This document shows positions 42,801 to 54,800 of a stretch of DNA of 64,000 bases, piece after piece. Both the position numbers and the translations under genes were made by a program. How positions within the stretch are numbered: the stretch's first letter is position 1; every line of letters starts with the position of its first letter. Source of the stretch: Bugula neritina (lineage: Eukaryota; Animalia; Bryozoa); assembly GCA_964035545.1 (NCBI GenBank), contig OZ037767.1, positions 27,544,628-27,608,627 on the forward strand. The letters run 5' to 3'. The notes below the pieces were generated by a model. It was not told where the DNA came from. It did no database searches and worked only from the letters and a program-made list of their open reading frames with translations.

Positions 42801-45800
42801 AAGGGAGAAAGACTGCAAGTGTATAATATAGAGGTACCTGGGGCTGGAACTATAGAATATACACATAAACTGTTAATATAATTGGATAATAACTTTAGAG
42901 AGTAACGAATTACTATAGGTATGGTATGGTGCAACTAACAACCACCCAAAAGTCACAACATAAAAAAATTAGCAAGTCTCGAAAATTTAACTGAACAATG
43001 GAATAAATGGCGCAGTTCACTATGATCCAATATTAAAACATGTTTGCTAAACTACAGATATAACATGCAGTCATATTATAGAGTCTAAAAAAGCAATACA
43101 ACATCATGACTCTCAACACTCAGTTGATTTAGCTTCAAATATTATAATAGTTGTGTAAATACTATCATTTCAAAGATTCAGATTACATATAAAAAAGCAT
43201 AATTCATAAAATATTCACATGTTACATTAGTCAGAGGTGATATACTACTCAATGTAACTAATATAACCACCTACAACTGGCGCCTATGTTAGCATATTAA
43301 CTCAGTGATGGTATGATTTTCTATTAATTTATGTAAGTCGATGTATATACAGGTATAAGTACAAGTATTTACAGGTAGCTATGGGTAAGTATATGTAAGC
43401 CTAGGTGCACACAGGTATAAGTACAGGTGTTTACAGGTAAGCCTAGGTATATATATCTAGTAACTAATACATATAATTAGCATAAACTCACCACGTCTGA
43501 TTTGATAGGAGCGAATCTGATGATGAGAGAGTGGGAGGAGTCAGGAGGGAGCTCACGCAGAGGGTTCCTCATCTCAAACGGACCAGTTGTGTCCAACAGA
43601 GAGCCGCTCAGATCTATTTCCTCGCTACAGATGTTCTGGTTGAATAAAATATAATAGCATGAACTGTACCGCTATATCAATACTCTATATAGCTATATTA
43701 ATACATTATATAGGAATCTCATTTTCTTTATTATTAGTTTGGCTATATGATGACTCATAGTTTGGCTATAAGATGACTCATAGTTTGGCTATATGATGAC
43801 TCATAATTTGGCTATATGATGACTCATAGTTTGGCTATAAGATGACTCATTCACCTGAATAGTGATGGTTCGGTTCATCTGCTGACCGATGCTGACGTCA
43901 CCGTAGTCTATAGTATCTCTGCCATTGTCAGAGATGACTACAACTTGGGGTTTGACTATTGGACAGTGCACTTCCAGATACAGCGTGTTGTGTATGCTGA
44001 AAAATAGTGTGTTTACGCATACAATGTTCACCATTTTCTAGCAATGTAGTGCGAGTATGACTAAATAGAAACTTTAAACTTGATTAAGCAGGAATTAACT
44101 CAGGAAATATTATAGATAGATAATTTTCAAATACAACTAAAAACCAATAGCAAGTATGCTAATTCGTTCACATGGGCAAAATTCAAGACGCTTTCCAAGT
44201 TGGTCCATTTACATCAGTTTACTGTAGTTGTGAGCACACAAAATACACCACGCAAACAAATACATATATGGTAGCAACTAACAGTCAGTTTACCTGTATT
44301 TGAGATCACCTGGTTTGCCACAAGCACCACTGGATATGTAACAAGGTATGACAAAGGTCTGGAAGTCCCCCTCAAACTGGCGGAGTAAGGTAGAGTGGGC
44401 GCTTGCATACTCATCTGATTCATCCTATAAACACAGAGATATCTGGTCACATGTCAACTGTCGATGTTATATGTTATATTTATTACTCGACCGTCTGCAA
44501 TTGTACAGTCTCAATTTTAGTAGAAAAAATTGAGATTTTTAAGTTCTATCATTAATATTCTGGCAGCGCAGAAAGCAAAAGCAGCAATAATGGTAAACTC
44601 TGTTCTTAAAACTAATAATGGATTCCATGAAAGCAAAATCCAATTTTCTGAAAAGGAACTCCTTATCATTTAAGTTTTGACATATCAAAAGTATTACCAT
44701 TTTACCTATATGCCCATATTGCATATATTACCACATTTCCTATATTTAGGTATTACCATAAATTACCTATACTACTTATAGTACTCATATTACTTATATT
44801 ACCAGATTACATATATGAATCACACTTATGATGTATGTTAAATCTAATTTATGACACAATAGTACATGAACGTTACATTACTCACTAGTATATAAAACAA
44901 AGGACAAGGTGTTTAAGTAGATGTGCAGGTTCACTAATTATTTCACTACTTGTAACATTCATATGGAAGTATTATTGTGCACTGCTTGTCTGAGGCATGT
45001 ACCTTGATGCTGTCCAAAGAAGGTGCGGCAATAGCTTCAGGCCCACCAATATCAATCTGCGGGCCGGTCTGAGGGCGATTCGGTCCTTTACCTTTTGGAG
45101 AGGCTTTGCCCGTTGGCTTACCAGGGGTAGACTTTTTCTTGCCCTGTCAGGTGTAAACACTCATTATAGAAAATATATACATGTAAACACTCATTATAAA
45201 AATATAAATGTGAACATAGAGAACATTTAAACGCCCAGGTAAACACACATTTGCAGACATATGCAACTTTGGTGAAAAAGTTTCAACTGTTATGTTGAGA
45301 GTAATATAAGTATAAACTGGGGTGCTTTTTAAATTATACAAACTCAAGTCTTTAAATATAAAAAAAAGTATACATTTACTTATAACTTTCAGTTTTTTAA
45401 ATAAAATTTGTATACAATTTAAAAACCAGACAAATGACTATCAACACCAGTTCATAGGCATAAGTTCGATTCATTCAACTAAAAAATATAGAGCCTTGCT
45501 CGAAACAAAATAAGTTTTAATAACCATGTTATTTGTAAAAATGGTGGAATAGTTATTATAAGTAATGACAAAGCAGCTCAACAAATTGTTAAAACTTAAG
45601 CTCACTCAACTAAAAGACAGAATATAACTACTCTATGTAGCTAAAATAATAAGAAATTAAAATCTAATTTTCAACAGTCAAAATAAAAAAAATAGTATAG
45701 ACTTTACCTTATTTTTCTATAATTAAAGAAAGTTGTAATATTACTAAGGAACTTTAGGAATAAGGCAAAATAGCAAGCATTATCCACAGCAATTAACAGT

Positions 45801-48800
45801 CAAATGTTAAAATATACTTCGAGATAAAGCCATTTCGATCTGATAAAGATTTGGTTATTAATGTATACAAACTTAGAGAGAGCATACTTCTTCGTCAAAG
45901 AATACCATAATTATATTATTTTTCAAGTTGCAATGCATAGTAAATGTTAATATAGATTAGAACACATAAGCATGGGTCTGGGGTATTAGAGTTTAGTAAT
46001 GCAGGGAACAAAGGCCAAAATTAGTCATCAAAACTATAATATGATACCCAAATATTAATGTCAAGACAAAATTGAGCTCACAAATGTTAAATAGCAAACT
46101 GTAATGTAAGAGCAATACACAAGTGAATAAAACAAAAGCAGTGAAAACACTAACTGATTAACAATCAACCTGAGAGACCTACCACATTGGCTCCAGCTGC
46201 TGCTAGCACCTGCACCAAAGCCCAAGATTTATTACTAATATACAACGTATATAATGTTCACAAACTAAAATAAAGATATTATCTAGCTTATTTTACTTTC
46301 CAATCATTGCATTTTAGTTACATTTAACAAGCAAAATAAAATTTAATAAACTATCAAAACACCATCAATTAATGAATTTAACTTTATAATGCTTCAGCTC
46401 ACCAAAAATAGATTTATTGTGAAAGTTTGCTCAGTGAGAATATAGATAAGCTAAATAACAAAATAATTGCACTAATGAGTAAACAAGTGTTGATAATTTG
46501 TATGAGTTGCTGATAGTAAAATACATATCAGCATCACAAAACTAAGTCCTACCGCCTGGGCTTCAGCTTCTTCTCTCTCACGTCTCAACTGATCCTCATA
46601 TTCTTTCAGCGCTTTCTCCTCGGCTTTGCGCACGAGAACTCGTACAGCTTCTTGCTTGATCTTCTCCGTAGACAGTTTAGGGGCTAGTCTGATCTGAACT
46701 CTCAGTTTCTAGAGTGTATGTTATTATATAGTATTAGCATATTACTAGCATATTACAAGCATATAACTATATATATTACTAGCATATAACTAGCATTCAC
46801 TAAACATATAACTACATATATTACTTTACATGTATCACTAATTAAACTGTTCATATTACAGCTTATCACAGCATATTACTAGCAATTACCAAAAGTATTA
46901 CTGTTATACTACTACAAATGTTACTTTAACTTAATTAAAACTTGCAGTATATATATAATGTATTGCACAATACATTATATATTACATTAGACTATATATT
47001 ATACTGTATTACGCAGTACATTATATTATATAATAAGTTATATTATATATATTACATGATATCATACAGTACATTACACTATATAGTAACTAACCTCTTC
47101 AGGCTGCACACTACCAACTGAAGGATAAAGGGTTAGTGGAGCTCCGTCAGGTACTTTGAATTCAAAACTTGTAGGACCAACAGGTGCTATGGCTCCTTTA
47201 CCTACACAGTCAGGTTATACACATATTTTAAGGATATAGAGTCAATATCTTAAAATATTGTTTTATACTTGGTGAACTACTTGACATGTACTTTATATAT
47301 AAGTCTCTTTGAAACAGCGCTCTAAGTTTTAATTATTAAAAAATGTTGTTAATTATGGTGACAATTTCGTTTGTCAATTGGCAGGTAATAAGTTAAGTAT
47401 GATATGATTTGAATGATTATTTAATGGTTACTTTGATCCATGCTCAATATTATTTTGGTTACAAACACATGAGATTAAATTTTCACGAATTACTGCTTTA
47501 TCGTATTATTTTCTTTTTATTCACAACTTGCAATCTACCACATTAAGAACCAGCTATATTATATTAGTGTGTGGCCAGAATAGGTGTTCACCTAGATGTT
47601 CATAATATGTTTCATTAAATTATTAATTTTTAATTAATTTTTTATTATGAAGTATAAAAAAACATACTATAATAGAACATTCTAGAATACTGACCAATCC
47701 TTGGAACTGGATGAGTGTATTCATTGGTGGAGAGGTGGTTGTTGATGACATATATGTTGTTGAGCGAATAGTCATTAAGAGCTGTAGCCTTGAAGTGAAC
47801 AACTTGTTGTGACAACTCTAGGGGAGGGTGCACCCCGACACCCTTACATCTTATCTTAAACTCTCTACAATTTTTAGTATTATAATAGAACATTTAGAGA
47901 ATAAGAACTGTAGAGGGTATGTGTAGTAAAACACAATGTAATATATTAAACAATTCGCAATGCTTATAATATTGCTATGGATTGATACGATTGTTGTTCC
48001 TATATTACTTCAGCTTTCCCTAAAATGCACATAATATATATGAACATATACTTGTACATGTACATTTGCATATAATATATGTACACATATATTAGCTGTG
48101 CAACAAGTTTTGTAAATAAAAATACATGACAAAGCATTTTATAAAAAAAATCTTTACAAAAAACATCGATTGTTTTGATTCATTTGTAACAACTAGCACT
48201 GCAAAGGCATAAATGAGAGACAATATCAAATTGTGATATTTACAAACCTATTGATTAAAGATTTACAGCACAGCTCAAATGTGTAGTTCTTTGCTTTGGG
48301 AGGACTAAATATGATGTCAAGGTCTATCGTCTCCTCCGGCAGTAATAATCCAAAACCATCATTTGGTTGAATGTCAACATACTAAACACAATATACACAC
48401 GCTAACTCATTGACAATAGCAAAATTGCAAATAAACAAACATGTATATGAAAAACATATTATTTGTCATTATGTAATGATATACCTCTGGTAGTCCCATA
48501 AACCCGAATTCCTGAGGTAGAATGGATTTATTGGTGAGCTGTACAGTTTTCTTGACCGACTCATATATAGTACAGTGACCAAAGTCTATGTCAGTGACAT
48601 TGAACTGGAGGTCAGAGTTCGTTACTACAGCATGAACTATGAAGGGCACTGGTCTAGTCTACAAGAGGATAGAATTCACTGACAACCAAGCTTAGCAGTT
48701 GAAAGTTTAATTTTTTAATTTGAAATCTTTGCTACAAAGTATGATTGTATTATTGAAACACACTGGAATCATTAATTCTATTAAACACATTATTTTGCAC

Positions 48801-51800
48801 TTTGTAAAAGTATCCTCTATGATGTGGAAAACAAAAATATTTAGAAAGAAGTTAAATTTATTTTTCTGGTGCACATAGCTGTATGTTCAGAATGCTAAAT
48901 TTGTTACTGGTATAGAGAGAGTGCTACACAGCAGAACACTATTAAAAAAATTTATAATAAAAAATGAGGCTTTTTGTAAACTATATTTCATACAGCCACA
49001 CAACAAATTGTCCTTGACATTGAGTATAAAGGTAAAGTACCTGGTCAGCCACGTGAATAGCGAGGGGCACCTCCAGCACTCCGGTCTCCTTATCAAAAAA
49101 CTCTGGTGCATCTTCAGCGAGGGTCGCTCGAGGAAGAAATTTCAGCTGCGCGGAGAATGATGACTGAGCCTGTACGAAGCCCGTCTTGGGCAGCAACTCC
49201 ATGTGTTTTCTTAGAGACTTTGGTACTTCAAACGTTAGTTTGAGGGCACTCGTTGCTCTACAGCGTACAACAAATACATTGAGTACTAATAATATATGTT
49301 CCCAGAATGCAACATTCCTATTCCACAAGTTAATGACTAATAAGTATGTTCTGCAAGTCATCTTAAACGCTAAAAGATTCCATTTCTTAATTGAAATTTC
49401 AAGTTTTATTAAATAGTTAATATGAAATCTAAAAGACAATGTTGAAACGTACCGGTTCTTCACTATAATAGAGTCCTGGAATAGTCTGTCCAGTGTGCAT
49501 ATCTGTAAGTCAATGTTCTGCCTTGTCACATAGACTGGTACATCAATAGCTGTACCACTACTTGTCAAGGTGAGCTGTAATGTACATAGCACGCTTAGAG
49601 AGCACGAAAATTTCTAATAATTATTATTTTATACTAAAATGTATATTTTCCTTTCACATAATGAATATGATTGAAAGTGTGATTTGATAAGCTAAATTCA
49701 AAAATATTCTTGATGTTTCCTTCAATACCAAGCATATTATAAATTAGTCTTAAAACCAATGATTTCAATTTAATTAGAAAGCTAGCTTAAATTTAGCAAA
49801 TTATGTTTTTTAATCGACTGCAATGTTGAGCACATTATACTACCTAAAATGTAGAAATACTATTATTTTCACTTTAAATTGTATTATCTAAATAGTCTGT
49901 CAATCAACACATTTTTAAAATTGATCTACATAAACAAAATGATAAAAGCAAAAAAATTCCCATCAAAATATATCTCATCATTCAATAATATATTTTAAGC
50001 TGAGTAAGGAAACAATTGCAAAGTGAAGTTATAAAATTTAAAGCTCACATCCTTGGAGTGTTCGTCTTCAAATTGTAAGATAAACTGAGCGTCGCATTTC
50101 CCGGGCACTGTTGGTTTCCACACGATCTCAAGTTTCTCTTGTGAAAAGGGTTTGATGTAGACAGAGTTGTCTTCACTCACCATCATGCCATCAAGGTCAA
50201 GGTCATGATCCTCTGACAAGCTAGCCCCAATTGAGCTTGCTGTAAATATAATGACTCTTAGAACACACCGCATAGGACTATTGGTGACTGCCGAATACTA
50301 CCTATAACTTACAGTCAACAATGCTGTGTGTCTAGAATGAATTCCTTTTTAAAGCAATATTTCCTTTGATTTAGAACATAATATTGTAATATCAATTGTA
50401 CAAATTGTCTTTCACTTTTTTATTGTATATTTATTTACAGTTTCAACCAAGTCTCGAGAAAGTCTGGTTATTTATTTATTTCACACTGTTGAAGACAAGC
50501 ATATAATATAATTCTTAGAGCACTTAGCTCAAAGTTTTTGTGCATTTCGGGTATAGCTTAAATTATCAATTTTTACAAAAATATGCTTTTTACTATATTT
50601 TGAAAAAATTTTCAACACATGCATGTAAAGACGACCCTTATTTGTAAATTAGAGATTGAACAAAGCTCCTATAATAATACATTCATTAGATTGTTATGCA
50701 CACACAAGAATACTGCCTAAATTCATTCCCAATCAACTTTATTCTAATTGTGTCAACTTTTGTTTAAATTATCAATTAAATTTATGGCTCAAAAGTAGAG
50801 AGCTTTTAGTTAAACTTAACCAGCCTTCTAGGAAAACAAATTAAATATTTAGTTAAAGCAAAGCACAAAACCTTATCCTATCCTATGATGAGCCCACCTG
50901 CACCAATGCTACCCTCCTCAACATTTTCTGCCTCATAATCTTCATATTCTGCAGCTTCAGATCTTTGTGTAGCAGATCCTGAAGCAGTTGGGGGCTTATT
51001 GAACCCACCATCCGATGGCTCACTTGTTGCTTTCAATTGTGGGCTATTTGGCATTTCATTCTCAGTGACAGGAGTTCCCTCCTGGTAAAAGAATTTGTAA
51101 AATTAAAAAGGACAAGAGCATTTTTCTATTTTAGTTTATTTCTAGCTACAATATTTTTGTGTTTATGGTTGCATAAAACTCAATAAAGTGAAAATTTGAA
51201 ATACTTTTAAATGCAGCTTCGTTGTGTCAATTGCAAGTCTGCAACTTTTCATGTTTTACCTTATACGTTATAGAAATTTAACATACTTTGTGTTATAAGC
51301 GATTAAAGTAAACTAGCTTACCCGTTCCAAAAAGTCAGCGGGTTTATTCATAGTCACAATGTGGTGATCTTTCCCAGTGTACTTTCCAAACATAAACCGA
51401 GTTCCCAAAGCTCCATCATTAGTTAGGGTAATGTGACGCTTCAAGGTCTCCCCGATAACACTTGTTCCAAACTGGACCTCCATCATATCAACTGATAGCT
51501 AAAAACATAAGTACACGCAAAAGTAGATTAGTATTACTGCCTAACTCCTGGTAATGCCTTCAAAAACAGAAACTTTCTAAAAATTATTTAAACAGTCAAC
51601 CACTAAGGAAACATCGAAGTAAACCAGTGTGTATGGAGAAAATAATAATTGCACTTTTTCTCTCGATGTACCATTACACAAATGTTAACACTTACAGCAC
51701 ATTTCTTTGTTGAACAGACAACAGGAAGTTCAAAGGGTCCCGTCTGCGACATAAAGTTTATAACCCCTTCAAGATCTTCATTAATCATCGGTTTGAATGT

Positions 51801-54800
51801 GATGAGAATCTCGCATGTCATGCCTGCGGATAGCTGTCCAGGAGGGTCAAACCTGAGGGACAGAGTGCCACCATAAAAATAACTGGGCGACAAAATAACA
51901 TATATAAATACACGACTACAATTATGTTTGCAGATGACAGTATGAGATGCTAAACAGTTTGAAACTTTTCATTGTTAGAAAGGATGAAGTTAGCGTAAAT
52001 CAAATTTGTTTAATAGCAGCTGACTGAAGTATGCATTTTTAGTAATAAATTAATACAAATGTTTAAAAACTTAGTTGGTGTAAAAACTATTTTATACTAA
52101 AATGCGTTGCACAAACTTTATTTTCCTATAAGCTCAATAAGATATTGTATAAAATAAAAAATTATGCTGATGCGCAAATTATTGCTACAAAATAATTCTA
52201 ACTTTCTAATAATACTCTGCACTACTTTGCATAATAATAGTGTACATATCTACATTAAACAGCTATAAAAGCAAATAAAATCACACCTCTAAGTAAATAA
52301 CCTGCTTTATCTTCACCCCACAAGACTAACATGCACTTGCTAACAAAACTAAACAACTTAGTGCAAAAACATAGAGTAATAGACGAACCCTTACCTTATT
52401 CCATCAAAAAAGCTGGAAAATATTAGCTTATACATCTAATGACTATAGTGGCTATAAAAGAACTATATTAAAGATGACCAGGATGATAGTACTGTCAAAA
52501 TTTAGAAAAGCAATAAAAACTAGTATAGCAAAATATTAGTAATAGCAGAGTCTGTTTAATGTAACAAAAGATAATAATATGAAACGATTAATTTTTACTA
52601 TAGATATTTTACTTACACAATTTCTAGAAAGTCTTTCAAATGATCTGATAGGCCGGTTAGTTTGCAGAAGTTGATGCTATAACTGACATTAGTCAAGGTC
52701 ACTCGCTTCTTGTAAGATTTACCGACATCAAAATCCTAAAACCAAATTTGAATTGGGCTAAAAGTTAATGTAGTGTGTTGTTAAACAAAGGGCTTTAAAC
52801 ATGAAAAAACTTGTTAGCCCTATTATGAAATGCAAAATCAAGTTACTGCCAAAAAGTTGAAAAACTATTTTCTTATTTCTACTGAAAAATTTCACACATA
52901 TCTAAATATAGCAATATAGCTGCTAGCATACCTTAAAGTGCACCACAGTAGGTTTGCTGTTGAATGAAGATTTCCCCTTGAACTCCCTTCCTGCAGCAAC
53001 CTGCGTTTGGACTATGTTTTCTCTCTGTAACTGCAGTTTATCTCTCATAATATCCTGTTCCATCTTACTGACCTTCGACCCTTTGATCACATCAACAACT
53101 ACGTCTTTTGGAACCACATAACGTTCAAATTTGTTCCACATTCCTTCGAATTCTGGTTTGGCCAGTGTTGTGGACTCCACTAACAAAAAAGGAGAATAAC
53201 AGTCTAAAAACAAATAAAGCCGGAACAAAAAAGTACAAACCGAATGGAGAAATACAAGATCAGCTATAGCTTACAGCATAAAAGATGTAAAACCGTAACT
53301 ATGTAACACAAATATTAGAAAATATTTACAAATTTAAATATATTTGCTTGCGGTTAAAGATGTGAAACTATTAGAGTTTAGTAAAAAGTTTTTTTTTTGG
53401 TACAACCTACCATATTGAAAGCAGTAACAACTAGAATAACAAAAGGAATATTGAAGAAATATGAAAGTATATATTGTATACTTACCTAAGTTTTTAGCTT
53501 TAGAACTATCAGAAGGAAGAAGAGTACTGGATAGTTTAGCGACTATAGCTTCATCATCACTTGAGTCATGTCTACTAGATAGAGGGGCGGACTCATTCTG
53601 TTTGATGACCCTACCACCATTTTCAGTTGATTTGACAGGAATCTTAGGCAAACTATCCAATCTTGAGACGTAACTATCATAATCAGCACTAGAATCCAAA
53701 TCAGTAGCAAGAGTTCGTAACTTCTTCTTTTCGTGAGGTTTCACTCTCTATATCAATAATAAGCAAAATATAAATTCTGTGTTCACCATATTGCATTAAC
53801 ATGACAACGTGTAACCTTTTTGAGTAAATTTTAAATTTTTTATAAAATAAAGAATTTTTAAGTTTTCATACATACTGTTAGAGGTAGTAGGTTTGTTTAC
53901 AAATTTTACCCAATAAATACATTAGCCACTTCAAGGCAGGATTTTTAGTTTTGGAACAACCAAGCTTTTTAAATTGCTGAAAGTTTTGAGAATTATAGAG
54001 TCTACATTGTATAAAAATATGCAGATCTTAAAATTAGATTTCAAAAATAGAAAAGCAAAAGCATCTCACAAATGCATTATAACAAGTAAAACAGTATTTC
54101 AATAAAGTCCTCTTTAAGCATGGTTGTCCTTCTACACTGTAAAACACATTGTACAGTTTATATACTGTTTGGCAGTTCAAAATAATTTAGTCTTCAACTC
54201 TGCATGTCTGAACTCATTTACCAACCCTATGCAAGTATTACATCTACTATAACAGAGGATGACTTACAAGCCTTTGCTCCCACTGCTTTTCTTGCCAGAG
54301 ATGCGGGTACGCCTTCTTCCGCCTTTTGAATTGTTCTTCTTCTATGAGTAACTTGGACGCTATCATAGTTTCTGCCTCTCGCTGTTTTACTCCGTGCTCT
54401 CTAAAACATCCATGTTATTAAAAAACACTATAAAGTGTAGTGCTAAGTTTACCCAGTATTACTTGTGGTGTAATGGTTAGCGTCTGCTTGCTACCAGAGG
54501 GTCTCGAGTTTGAGTCCCAGTGGGGGGGGGGCAAAAGTTTTATAAGCTATTTCAACTTTTAGTGAAGTGTAGTAGTTCTCCGAGGAGTTGAGAGTCTAAG
54601 GGAGCCTGAAGGAGTAGTAGAGAGGGCCAGTGGAGTTTGGAGAACTGGGTGGGATGTAGTGTTATGTTTACCCAGTTGTCCTTGTGGTGTAACACAAGAC
54701 CCAAATTTCAGTGGGGGCGAAAGTTTTACATAAACTGCCAGTCATACTTAATCTGCCAACTCTGCTACTCACAAGCAACTTTGTTAGACGACTCTGACTT

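Noticed and set aside
54463-54525. Possible tRNA gene (A-box and B-box present)
   Set aside because: No complete cloverleaf or acceptor stem, and a degenerate second copy nearby; interpreted as a SINE head.
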